This document shows positions 28,096 through 37,537 of a stretch of DNA of 57,194 nt, piece after piece. A program made the translations under genes and the position numbers. The notes below the pieces were generated by a model that was not told the DNA's origin, searched no databases, and saw only the letters and a list, made by a program, of their open reading frames with translations. Origin of the DNA: a virus (Duplodnaviria; Heunggongvirae; Uroviricota; Caudoviricetes); the IMG/VR virus record IMGVR_UViG_2778261542_000002, positions 1-57,194 of that record. One strand, 5' to 3'. The stretch's first letter is position 1, and every line of letters begins with the position of its first letter.

Positions 28096-28893
28096 ATGAA
28101 TAATCTGATGGTTATTGATGGTATTGAAGTTCGTCGTGATGCTTATGGGCGTTACAGCCTGAACGATCTGCACAGGGCTGCTGGTTCTCTGGATAAGCAT
28201 AAGCCTGCATTCTGGCTCCGCAATGAGCAAACTGAGCGTTTAATAAGCGAGTTGCAGATTTGCAACTCGGTCAATATAGAGCCAGTTAACGTTATTCGTG
28301 GCGGAAATAACCAGGGGACGTATGTCTGCAAAGAACTGGTGTATGCCTATGCAATGTGGATCAGCCCGTCATTCCATCTGAAGGTGATCCGTACTTTCGA
28401 TATGGTAACCAGCGCACCGGAAAAATTATCCGGGCAGGCTGCTGACAAGATGCAGGCTGGAGTGATTCTGCTGGACTTTATGCGCAGGGAGTTAAACCTG
28501 TCTAACTCTTCAGTGCTTGGGGCCTGTCAGAAACTCCAGGAGGCTGTTGGCTTACCGAATCTGGCACCGCGCTATGTCATTGATGCTCCTGCTGATGCGC
28601 CTGATGGCTCAAGCCGCCCCACGCTGTCACTGAGTGCACTGCTGAAGCAGTATGGTATCCGCCTGACAGCTAATCAGGCATATCACCAAATGGTGAAGCT
28701 GGGGATCGTCGAGCAGCGCGAACGATACAGCCGTACCGCGATTAACAACATCAAAAAATTCTGGTCGCTGACAGCGAAAGGCTGCATGTTCGGCAAGAAC
28801 ATCACCAGTCCCGCAAATCCGCGCGAGACGCAGCCGCATTTCTTCGAATCCCGATTCCCTGAGCTGTTAAAGCTGCTCGATACCGTTCATTGA
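28096..28893 (+). CDS. KilA-N domain protein (antirepressor-like)
   Basis: N-terminal IDGIEVRRDAYGRYSLNDLHRAAG..KPAFWLRN KilA-N pattern. Confidence 0.7.
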   Translation: MNNLMVIDGIEVRRDAYGRYSLNDLHRAAGSLDKHKPAFWLRNEQTERLISELQICNSVNIEPVNVIRGGNNQGTYVCKELVYAYAMWISPSFHLKVIRTFDMVTSAPEKLSGQAADKMQAGVILLDFMRRELNLSNSSVLGACQKLQEAVGLPNLAPRYVIDAPADAPDGSSRPTLSLSALLKQYGIRLTANQAYHQMVKLGIVEQRERYSRTAINNIKKFWSLTAKGCMFGKNITSPANPRETQPHFFESRFPELLKLLDTVH

Positions 28894-28894
28894 G

Positions 28895-29890
28895 GTGACC
28901 GTGAGAGCACTACTGACCCCTGAAATTGCCCCGCGTATGGGGATCGTATTGTTCAGACCAGGTTCAGAGCTGATGCCCCTGTTTATGCAGGGGCGTGTCC
29001 TGCTGGAGCCTGAGCCGGAACGTTATTCATCTTTCGCCAGTGGTGCCGTTCCGGCGGCATCACAAACGCTGGCGGATGATCCTGCCGTTCGGGCCGTGTT
29101 CCGCAATGAGGCAGTGATCCGTCGTGCTGGTGGCGTGGAATGTCTTGAAAGCTGGTTACTTCGTGAAAAAGGCTGCCAGTGGCCTCATTCCGACTGGCAC
29201 AGCGAGAACATGACAACAATGCGACACGCGCCGGGCGCAATCCGTCTGTGCTGGCACTGCGATAACCAGCTGCGCGATCAGTTCACGGAACGGCTGGAAT
29301 CAATGGCAACGGATAACTGTGCCCGCTGGGTGTTGTCTGTTGTGCGTCGGGATCTCGGTTTTGATGATAGTCACGTTGTGACAATGCCGGAACTGTGCTG
29401 GTGGCTGATTCGTAATGACTTGGCGGATGCCTTACCGGAAAGTGCAGCCCGTAAGGCACTGAGATTACCGAAGCCTGTTGTGCCGTCTGTCACCCGGGAA
29501 AGTGACCTTGTGCCTTCGGTTCCTGCCACCAGCATCATCCAGGGTAAGGCGAAAAAGGTGCTGGTGCTGAAAGTGGATCCGGAGTCGCCGGAGTCTTTTA
29601 TGTTACGCCCAAAACGTCGCCGCTGGGTTAATGAAAAGTACACACGTTGGGTTAAGACACAGCCGTGTGCATGTTGTGGAAAGCCTGCTGATGATCCCCA
29701 CCACCTGATAGGCCACGGTCAGGGTGGAATGGGTACAAAAGCGCATGACCTCTTTGTGTTGCCTTTGTGCAGAAAGCATCACGACGAGCTGCATGCGGAT
29801 ACCGTGGCATTTGAAGAGAAATATGGCTCCCAGCTGGAGCTGATATTTCGTTTTATCGATCGTGCACTGGCAATAGGCGTGCTGGCCTGA
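28895..29890 (+). CDS. DUF968-like protein with C-terminal Cys/His (HNH-like) cluster
   Basis: C-terminus CACCGKPADDPHHLIGHGQGG..CRKHHDELH. Confidence 0.55.
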   Translation: MTVRALLTPEIAPRMGIVLFRPGSELMPLFMQGRVLLEPEPERYSSFASGAVPAASQTLADDPAVRAVFRNEAVIRRAGGVECLESWLLREKGCQWPHSDWHSENMTTMRHAPGAIRLCWHCDNQLRDQFTERLESMATDNCARWVLSVVRRDLGFDDSHVVTMPELCWWLIRNDLADALPESAARKALRLPKPVVPSVTRESDLVPSVPATSIIQGKAKKVLVLKVDPESPESFMLRPKRRRWVNEKYTRWVKTQPCACCGKPADDPHHLIGHGQGGMGTKAHDLFVLPLCRKHHDELHADTVAFEEKYGSQLELIFRFIDRALAIGVLA

Positions 29891-29907
29891 TTTTGTGGAG
29901 AAAGTTG

Positions 29908-30255
29908 ATGCGTGATATGTATGAAGTATTGGACCGCTGGGGAGCATGGGCTGCAGCAGATAACAGTGGCGTGGACTGGCAGCCGATAGCAGCAGGCTTC
30001 AAGGGGCTTTTACCTCATGGCAAAAAGTCCCGGATTCAGTGTGATGATGACGAAGGCATTATGATAGACAGTTGTGTGGCTCGGTTGAGAAAGTATAAAC
30101 CAGAGGAATATGAGCTAATCATAGCTCACTTTGTCATTGGTATCTCATTACGCACTATTGCCAAGAAGAGAAGATGTTCAGATGGCACAGTTAGGAAAAA
30201 ATTGCAGACTGCCTTGGGGTTTGTTGAAGGATGTATTTGTTTGATTGAGTTCTAA
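29908..30255 (+). CDS. Q: 933W/H-19B-type antiterminator Q
   Basis: Starts MRDMYEVLDRWGAWAA..AAGFKGL, closely matching the 933W-type Q N-terminus as I recall it; GGAGA Shine-Dalgarno; last gene before the lysis region. Confidence 0.8.
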   Translation: MRDMYEVLDRWGAWAAADNSGVDWQPIAAGFKGLLPHGKKSRIQCDDDEGIMIDSCVARLRKYKPEEYELIIAHFVIGISLRTIAKKRRCSDGTVRKKLQTALGFVEGCICLIEF

Positions 30256-30274
30256 AAAGAATGAGGCGTAAGCC

Positions 30275-30844
30275 TCATTCTTTATCTTTAATTATAAGTT
30301 TCGATTTTTCATCATGCATTTTGTCTATCATAAAATACATACCTAATGCCGTTGTGTATATAATGTTGCATATGGTACTTAAATAAATAAACAAAAGTAA
30401 TGATTTCACTAGTGGATATGATGAAAGGTGTAACTCCTTGATGCTTGCGCTGGTTAGTTGAAGTGCGCCTCCAACGAAATACAGCGCGATACTCATAAAC
30501 GCTAAATAACCAAATAGATAAGTGAGGAATTTACGCCTTGTAAGTTTTTTACCTTTTAATACCGGAGGTATGCCATGCATAACTTCATCCATACCATCCT
30601 TACTGAAGGTTGCAACTGCAGCCATAGATGCAATGTAAAAACCAGATAGTATTTGAAGTATCCCGTTTACTAAAGACACAAGACTATCCTTCCCGAGAAG
30701 TGAGATGGTTTTCGGTAAGTAATAGATGGATAAAGTAATAATTGCAGCAGTGAAAATGGGTAAAACCCAGTCAAAAAATCGCTTCTCAGGATGCTTTATG
30801 CGTAGGTAGTCTATAGGTGTAAAAACCTTAGATAAAACATACAT
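30275..30844 (-). CDS. small four-pass membrane protein (189 aa) - cargo gene 2 of the Q-lysis cassette
   Basis: AAGGAGG Shine-Dalgarno before ATG at 30844; four hydrophobic ~20-aa segments; AT-rich; opposite strand to the phage late operon. Confidence 0.6.
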   Translation of the reverse strand: MYVLSKVFTPIDYLRIKHPEKRFFDWVLPIFTAAIITLSIYYLPKTISLLGKDSLVSLVNGILQILSGFYIASMAAVATFSKDGMDEVMHGIPPVLKGKKLTRRKFLTYLFGYLAFMSIALYFVGGALQLTSASIKELHLSSYPLVKSLLLFIYLSTICNIIYTTALGMYFMIDKMHDEKSKLIIKDKE

Positions 30845-30876
30845 ATATGCCTCCTTTTGACAGGTTTTCCATGCCT

Positions 30877-31812
30877 TCACTTTAACATAAAGTTTTGCAT
30901 TTTTGCGAGAAGTTCTTCGTGAAATGCTGTTTGGCAAACGGCAATTGTTGATGCCAACACTGCTTTTTCACGTTGTGCCAATTGTGCTGTTGCGAGTTCC
31001 TGTAAGCTCATTTCTTTTCCGATGGAAACAAGATCTGATGAAACGCGTTTATTTTTGTCTTTATAAGAAATTCTTAACATTGTATACTTTCTACCACGAA
31101 GTTTGTCATATGCAGACTTAATCGCCTTAATTGCACCCTCTCCGCGACGTATTTTTGTTGATAGCTTTAGTGTTTCTTCTTCAACCATTACTGTGCCATC
31201 ATCATCTAAAGAGTTATCTTTAAAGCGACGAGTAGCAGTAAGTCCACATAAATAACCAGTGGATAGAGATTGCTCAAGTGTTGTTGCAGCCAAAAAATCA
31301 ATGTCGAAAATAGGTCTGCACTTAAGTTCTTTTTTCCCTCCTGAACGGATAAAGGAAAAATTATTTTCTCGCAGGAAATAAGTTAAAGCTTGGGCTAATA
31401 AACCTCTGGTAATGCCCGGAACTTCTTCTAAAATTGCCTCATAACAATCTTGGAATGATGAGTCGCTCGGTCTTTTTTTTATAAGCACATGAGCAGAGTA
31501 CCCCATACCTTCATCATTTTGCTTTTTCTCAATTCTGGTTTCACCAGTTTTTATGTTGGAAAAGGCGGGATCAGAAGCATCTTTATTTATATATTGAAAA
31601 AGCAATTTCAGGTAATTTTCATCGTCTTTTATGGATAGCAATCTTATGACAGAACGTCCTTTGTTTAATTCGTAAACAGCTTCTCCTTTGTTATAGCGAT
31701 TTTTTAAAACAGGAATACAGTTTACTAAAGGCATGTCAGGTGCGTCATTAGGATACTTCTTTAAAGTAACCTGGCATTTGATCATGAAACGTTCATTATC
31801 TCCCAAGAGCAT
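30877..31812 (-). CDS. hypothetical soluble protein (311 aa) - cargo gene 1 of the Q-lysis cassette
   Basis: AT-rich ORF immediately upstream of the membrane-protein gene on the same strand; no motif confidently recognised. Confidence 0.6.
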   Translation of the reverse strand: MLLGDNERFMIKCQVTLKKYPNDAPDMPLVNCIPVLKNRYNKGEAVYELNKGRSVIRLLSIKDDENYLKLLFQYINKDASDPAFSNIKTGETRIEKKQNDEGMGYSAHVLIKKRPSDSSFQDCYEAILEEVPGITRGLLAQALTYFLRENNFSFIRSGGKKELKCRPIFDIDFLAATTLEQSLSTGYLCGLTATRRFKDNSLDDDGTVMVEEETLKLSTKIRRGEGAIKAIKSAYDKLRGRKYTMLRISYKDKNKRVSSDLVSIGKEMSLQELATAQLAQREKAVLASTIAVCQTAFHEELLAKMQNFMLK

Positions 31813-31965
31813 ATCTGTTCCTTATACGAGCACTAATACTGATTGCTGTTTTTAGTTCAGCAGAACCAAAGGTTAACTGATGGTGCTTGATAGTATATAT
31901 TTTTCACTAACGCGTACGCAAAAAGTATTGTATCGTGTTAAGAGTGGTTACTTCGCCACACAGCT

Positions 31966-31997
31966 TAAACCCGCCGTCGAGCGGGTTTTGTCGTTTC
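31966..31997 (+). terminator. tR-prime-like terminator of the late promoter leader
   Basis: AACCCGC/GCGGGTT stem followed by TTTTGTCGTTT, ~150 bp upstream of the holin gene. Confidence 0.35.
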
Positions 31998-32140
31998 TGG
32001 GGCTGGGGATTCGTTGGTCCTAGTCTATTCCGCAGTTATCCATTGGTTCGGCTTCTTTGACGTTTCCGCTTCTAATTTGCTGTACATGATGTTCCCTCAA
32101 TTTGCACCTGCTGTATCAGCGAGGTGAGAGATAACTACAA

Positions 32141-32467
32141 ATGCCTCATAACCCAAATACCTGGCTGGACTTGCTCCAGAGCTGGTGGCGTGGAGACACA
32201 CCGCTGGGCGCAGTGATTATGTCGATCGTTATGGCTGGCTTGCGCATTGCCTATTTTGGCGGTGGTGGTGGCTGGAAACGAAAAACGCTCGAGATTTTGC
32301 TCTGTGGTGCTCTGACGCTGACTTTTGCATCCGCTCTTGAGTATGTCGGATGGCCTAAATCTCTTTCTGTTGCCATTGGTGGCGGCGTTGGGCTGATCGG
32401 GGTCGATGCTATTCGTGGGGCTGCAATGAGAGTAATCGGTAATAAGTTTGGTGGCTCTAAGGAGTAA
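32141..32467 (+). CDS. putative holin
   Basis: 108-aa protein with hydrophobic segments directly preceding the endolysin gene. Confidence 0.55.
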   Translation: MPHNPNTWLDLLQSWWRGDTPLGAVIMSIVMAGLRIAYFGGGGGWKRKTLEILLCGALTLTFASALEYVGWPKSLSVAIGGGVGLIGVDAIRGAAMRVIGNKFGGSKE

Positions 32468-32470
32468 TTT

Positions 32471-32947
32471 ATGCAGGTACTAAATTCCCAGCGTAAAGCT
32501 TTCCTCGATATGGTGGCATGGTCAGAAGGAACGGATAACGGGCGACAACCGACACGTAACCACGGTTATGATGTTATTGTCGGTGGAGAACTCTTCACTG
32601 ATTACTCCGATCACCCTCGCAAGCTTGTCACGCTAAACCCGAAACTCAAATCAACAGCTGCAGGCCGTTATCAACTTCTTTCGCGCTGGTGGGATGCTTA
32701 CCGCAAGCAGTTAGGGCTGACAGACTTCTCTCCTAAAAGCCAGGATGCTGTTGCATTACAGCAGATTAAAGAGCGTGGCGCTTTACCGATGATTGATCGC
32801 GGCGATATTCGTCAGGCTATCGATCGTTGCAGCAATATCTGGGCGTCGTTACCTGGTGCAGGTTACGGTCAGTATGAACATAAAATCGGTGACCTGATTT
32901 CCCGGTTTAAAGAGGCTGGTGGGGTGGTAAATGAAGTTGAGCTATAA
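32471..32947 (+). CDS. R: lambda R-type endolysin (lytic transglycosylase)
   Basis: Near-colinear with lambda R as I recall it: NSQRKAFLDMVAWSEGTDNGRQ.TRNHGYDVIVGGELFTDYSDHPRKLVTLNPKLKSTAAGRYQLLSRWWDAYRKQLGL. Confidence 0.9.
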   Translation: MQVLNSQRKAFLDMVAWSEGTDNGRQPTRNHGYDVIVGGELFTDYSDHPRKLVTLNPKLKSTAAGRYQLLSRWWDAYRKQLGLTDFSPKSQDAVALQQIKERGALPMIDRGDIRQAIDRCSNIWASLPGAGYGQYEHKIGDLISRFKEAGGVVNEVEL

Positions 32948-33311
32948 GCTGGCTATCTCTGCATTCATCTTTACTGTCATCGGTTCTTTCATCTGGTCTG
33001 CCAACCACTACTACAGCAAATATCAGCACGAAAAGAAACGTGCTGATGAGGCTGTACAAAATGCTGAATCTGCAACAGCCATTACCCGTAACGTCCTGCA
33101 ATCACTGCAAATCGTCAATACAGTTATAGAGGTTAACCAGCATGCAAAACAGCAGATCGCACTGGAGTCACAGAGAACCCAGAAAGATATCAAAGTGGCT
33201 GTTGCGGATGATGATTGTGCTGCACGCCTTGTGCCTGCTGCCGCTGCTGAGCGGTTGCGGAAGTACGCGGACAGTTTACGTGAGCACTCCGGCTACAACA
33301 TTACCGACTAG
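32931..33311 (+). CDS. Rz: Rz-like i-spanin
   Basis: N-terminal TM segment then coiled-coil; follows R with overlap. Confidence 0.6.
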   Translation: MKLSYKLAISAFIFTVIGSFIWSANHYYSKYQHEKKRADEAVQNAESATAITRNVLQSLQIVNTVIEVNQHAKQQIALESQRTQKDIKVAVADDDCAARLVPAAAAERLRKYADSLREHSGYNITD

Positions 33312-33465
33312 TCTGACTTCTGAAACACCTGTACCGTTCATACCAAATCCTCTGACGTATGGTGCCAGCCTGGAGCTGAATGTGAGTCTGTTGTCTGCAC
33401 TGGCTAACTGCAATCGGGATAAAGCTGATATTCGTAAAATAGATGCAGAGAGAACTAACCATTAA
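33208..33465 (+). CDS. Rz1: Rz1-like o-spanin lipoprotein (overlapping reading frame)
   Basis: Starts inside Rz in another frame and extends beyond it; lipobox LLSGC; Pro-rich mature region. Confidence 0.5.
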   Translation: MMIVLHALCLLPLLSGCGSTRTVYVSTPATTLPTSLTSETPVPFIPNPLTYGASLELNVSLLSALANCNRDKADIRKIDAERTNH

Positions 33466-33486
33466 GCAATAAAATTGTCAAATTGA

Positions 33487-34113
33487 TCAGTTGTCAAATG
33501 AATATACGTTAAAGGTATATGTCGACATAATTTCACCAAGTACCTCAATACATATACTTTTTTTATGAAAATTACTGGGAAATGAACTTAGCTCTTCAAG
33601 GTATTGCACATAAGTGCTGATATCACTTGCATCACGTTCAAGGAATTTCACTTGGCCAAAAGAAGGAGTATTAATCCTGGTTCTTTGCTGGATTATATGG
33701 ATAAAATGTGTAGTTGGTGAAACTATTACTCTTGAAATATCGGAAATGATGTCTTCTTGAACTTGCCGATAAAGTAAATCCTTTGGGTAATGGTGTTTTA
33801 TCTCGATGGTTGCAACATTGCCATTATGTTCAGACGTTAATATCGACTGGTTATAAAGTGATATGTCAACAGCGCCGATACCGAGTTTTGGATGCTCACT
33901 TAAAGCAGTTAGTGTGCTGATTTGATTGAGTATAACAACTAACTCATCACGTATTTGTGTTTCATGTTTGCGATTGTAGAAGTAGCCATTCAGTTCATTT
34001 AACTTTTTATGCATCCTATCGTGACTAATTGCTTCGATCAGTAAATCCTGAATCATACTTTTCTCTAGGTAATCCGAACGGTTGTAAGTGACAGTATTGT
34101 GCTGGCATGTCAT
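33487..34113 (-). CDS. hypothetical protein (208 aa) - cargo gene 2 of the lysis-terminase cassette
   Basis: AT-rich ORF on the strand opposite to the late operon; no motif recognised. Confidence 0.55.
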   Translation of the reverse strand: MTCQHNTVTYNRSDYLEKSMIQDLLIEAISHDRMHKKLNELNGYFYNRKHETQIRDELVVILNQISTLTALSEHPKLGIGAVDISLYNQSILTSEHNGNVATIEIKHHYPKDLLYRQVQEDIISDISRVIVSPTTHFIHIIQQRTRINTPSFGQVKFLERDASDISTYVQYLEELSSFPSNFHKKSICIEVLGEIMSTYTFNVYSFDN

Positions 34114-34156
34114 TAATATGTAAAGGTATTGTGAATACCAGAAAGATAACGAAGTA

Positions 34157-34510
34157 TCATCGATAGAAAAACTTTACAGCCCACTCGTAAACAGCTTTGT
34201 AAATCGGTTCATGGTAAATACTATCGATACTATTCAGATGTGCGATCATCGCCTCCACAGTTGTAGTGGTTGTTTCTAATATTTCGATTATTGCAGGGCG
34301 GTCATCATCTTCATCGAAGTATTCGAACAGCAGTACAGGTTTACCATGCCATTCAGCATCTGAGACTCTAAGGTTACAACTACCGCTCAACTCAAAGTGA
34401 ATTTTGTAATTACCTTCTACAGAATGGCCTACGGGGAAAAAGTATAGGGTGTCATCTTTGTTCAAAAGCCATTCCCATTCATAACTATTCATTTGTGAAC
34501 TCCTGTTCAT
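34157..34510 (-). CDS. hypothetical protein (117 aa) - cargo gene 1 of the lysis-terminase cassette
   Basis: AT-rich ORF, acidic, upstream of the 208-aa gene on the same strand. Confidence 0.55.
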   Translation of the reverse strand: MNRSSQMNSYEWEWLLNKDDTLYFFPVGHSVEGNYKIHFELSGSCNLRVSDAEWHGKPVLLFEYFDEDDDRPAIIEILETTTTTVEAMIAHLNSIDSIYHEPIYKAVYEWAVKFFYR

Positions 34511-34642
34511 TGAGTTTCAACAACTATCAACTACATCCAGCGAAGCATAAAAGATCGTTTATGGCAAAACCGGAATGGAGTGCGATTCGATTCTGAGAAG
34601 GATGCCACGTATCGTACGCGAACCATCCAAGAGGATTATGCA

Positions 34643-34993
34643 ATGCCCCTACGAACCCCAAAAGCCTGCCGTGTTCGCGGCTGCCGCCATACCACTACTG
34701 ACCCGTCAGGCTACTGCGAAAGCCACAAAAGCGAAGGCTGGAAGCAATACAAGCCAGGCCAGTCCCGACACCAGCGCGGTTATGGTTCGAAATGGGATGT
34801 TATCCGTGAACGTGTGCTCAAGCGTGACAAAGGCCTGTGCCAGTTGTGCCTGCGTGCTGGTGTGGTGCGCGAGGCGAAAACCGTTGACCACATCATCCCT
34901 AAAGCGCATGGCGGCACTGATGCCGACTGTAATCTGCAGAGTCTGTGCTGGCCGTGTCATAAGGCGAAGACGGCCCGTGAACGGTTGAAGTGA
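34643..34993 (+). CDS. HNH endonuclease (terminase-associated)
   Basis: C..C ... DHIIPKAHGG ... NLQSLCWPCH..K HNH/zinc motif; GAGGA Shine-Dalgarno; upstream of terminase small subunit. Confidence 0.7.
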   Translation: MPLRTPKACRVRGCRHTTTDPSGYCESHKSEGWKQYKPGQSRHQRGYGSKWDVIRERVLKRDKGLCQLCLRAGVVREAKTVDHIIPKAHGGTDADCNLQSLCWPCHKAKTARERLK

Positions 34994-35118
34994 TAATAAT
35001 TCTCAACTGCCTGAGGGGAGGGGCGGGTCAAATCCCTGCGGCCTGACGTCTTCCGGACTGCCCGCCCCATCGTTTTTTTATACCCGCGAAAAATGAAATT
35101 TAACCAGGAGTGCCGCAT

Positions 35119-35613
35119 ATGGCTGGAACGGCGGGGCGTTCCGGGCGTCGCCCCAAGCCAACGGCGCGCAAGGCGCTGGCCGGAAACCCCGGCAAGCGAG
35201 CCCTGAATAAAGATGAACCTGTTTTTACGCCCATCAAAGGTGTTGAGCCACCGGAGTGGTTCGCTGAAGAAGATCTCCCTCTCGCCACGATCATGTGGCA
35301 ACTGACAACCAAAGAACTCTGCGGTCAGGGCCTGCTGTGCGTGACTGACCTCGCGGTGCTTGAGCGGTGGTGCGTGGCCTACGAGTTCTGGCGACGTGCC
35401 GTGAAAAATATTGCCAGACAGGGCAACACCATCACCGGTGCAATGGGCGGTATGGTCAAAAATCCGGAGCTGACCGCCAAAAAAGAACAGGAGTCCGAGA
35501 TGAGCAGTACGGGGGCAATGCTCGGACTCGACCCCAGCAGCCGCCAGCGTCTGATTGGCCTGGCGGGGAAGAAGAAAGCCACTAACCCGTTTCTGAAAAT
35601 TATCGAATCATGA
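35119..35613 (+). CDS. terminase small subunit (P27-family-like)
   Basis: N-terminus [14 protein letters not shown]; AGGAG Shine-Dalgarno; overlaps large-subunit start. Confidence 0.7.
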   Translation: MAGTAGRSGRRPKPTARKALAGNPGKRALNKDEPVFTPIKGVEPPEWFAEEDLPLATIMWQLTTKELCGQGLLCVTDLAVLERWCVAYEFWRRAVKNIARQGNTITGAMGGMVKNPELTAKKEQESEMSSTGAMLGLDPSSRQRLIGLAGKKKATNPFLKIIES

Positions 35614-37343
35614 GCCGGAAATCTTACCCCAACGTAAATGCTGCAAATCAGTATGCCCGGGATGTCGTGCGCGGAAAGATTGTTGCCTGCCAGTTTGTGA
35701 TTCAGGCCTGCCAGCGCCATCTTGATGACCTGATGGCGGAAAAAAGTAAGTCGTTTCGTTACCGCTTCGACAAGGACCTGGCTGAACGGGCCGCCAAATT
35801 TATTCAGCTGTTGCCGCACACCAAGGGTGAGTGGGCATTTAAACGGATGCCCATCACGCTGGAGCCGTGGCAGCTATTTGTGATCTGCTGTGCGTTTGGC
35901 TGGGTCAATAAAGGCACCCGGTTGCGCCGCTTCCGGGAGGTGTATACCGAAATTCCCCGTAAGAACGGCAAATCGGCAATCTCTGCCGGTGTTGCCCTGT
36001 ATTGTTTTGCCTGTGATAACGAGTTCGGCGCGGAAGTGTATTCCGGTGCCACGACGGAGAAACAGGCGTGGGAAGTCTTTCGTCCGGCACGACTGATGTG
36101 TAAACGCACACCCATGCTGACGGAAGCGTTCGGGATTGAGGTTAACGCCTCAAACATGAACCGTCCGGAGGATGGTGCGCGGTTTGAACCGCTGATCGGT
36201 AACCCCGGTGATGGTTCATCACCCCACTGTGCCGTGGTGGATGAATATCACGAGCACGCCACAGATGCGCTTTACACCACGATGCTTACCGGGATGGGGG
36301 CGCGACGCCAGCCACTGATGTGGGCCATTACCACCGCCGGGTACAACATTGAGGGGCCGTGCTACGACAAACGGCGGGAAGTCATCGAGATGCTCAACGG
36401 CTCGGTACCAAACGATGAACTGTTCGGGATCATCTATACCGTTGATGAAGGTGACGACTGGACCGACCCGCAGGTGCTGGAAAAAGCCAATCCAAATATT
36501 GGCGTGTCGGTTTATCGCGAATTTTTGTTAAGTCAGCAGCAGCGTGCGAAAAATAACGCCCGTCTGGCAAACGTTTTTAAAACAAAACACCTCAATATCT
36601 GGGTGTCGGCGCGTTCGGCGTATTTCAACCTGGTGAGCTGGCAGAGCTGCGAGGATAAATCACTGACCCTTGAGCAGTTCGAGGGGCAGCCGTGCATTCT
36701 GGCCTTTGACCTGGCGCGTAAGCTGGATATGAACAGCATGGCGCGACTTTATACCCGCGAGATTGACGGTAAAACGCATTACTACAGTGTGGCCCCGCGT
36801 TTCTGGGTACCGTATGACACGGTGTACAGCGTCGAGAAAAATGAAGATCGCCGGACAGCCGAACGCTTTCAGAAATGGGTGGAAATGGGCGTCCTGACCG
36901 TTACCGATGGTGCAGAGGTGGATTATCGCTACATCCTCGAGGAGGCCAAAGCGGCGAACAAAATCAGCCCGGTCAGCGAGTCACCCATCGACCCCTTCGG
37001 GGCGACCGGGTTGTCACATGACCTTGCTGATGAAGACCTGAACCCCGTCACCATCATTCAGAACTACACCAACATGTCCGACCCGATGAAAGAGCTGGAA
37101 GCGGCAATTGAATCGGGGCGCTTTCATCATGATGGCAATCCCATCATGACCTGGTGTATCGGCAACGTGGTCGGCAAAACCATTCCGGGTAACGATGATG
37201 TGGTGAAGCCCGTCAAAGAGCAGGCGGAAAACAAAATCGATGGTGCAGTTGCGCTGATTATGGCGGTTGGCAGAGCCATGCTGTACGAGAAAGAAGACAC
37301 GCTGTCTGACCACATTGAGTCCTATGGGATCCGCTCGCTTTAA
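35610..37343 (+). CDS. terminase large subunit
   Basis: 577 aa; P-loop-like PRKNGKS; position between small terminase and portal. Confidence 0.9.
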
Positions 37344-37354
37344 CTGAGGTAATT

Positions 37355-37537
37355 ATGATCATGCTGATTCTCGCGCCTCTGGTGGGCGTGCTGGGGGCGC
37401 TTTTGCTGGCGTATGGTGCCTGGCTGATTTATCCCCCGGCGGGGTTTGTTGTTGCCGGGGCGTTGTGTCTGTTCTGGTCGTGGCTGGTGGCGCGATATCT
37501 CGACCGTACACAGTCGTCTGTCGGCGGAGGTAAATAG
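37355..37537 (+). CDS. small hydrophobic protein (60 aa)
   Basis: Two hydrophobic segments; fills the terminase-portal gap. Confidence 0.35.

Noticed and set aside
30256-32140. Shiga toxin (stxAB) or tRNA genes between Q and the lysis genes
   Set aside because: The Q gene is 933W-type, but the interval holds only the opposite-strand two-gene cargo, a terminator-like hairpin and no tRNA-like structure; no A/B toxin subunit ORFs.
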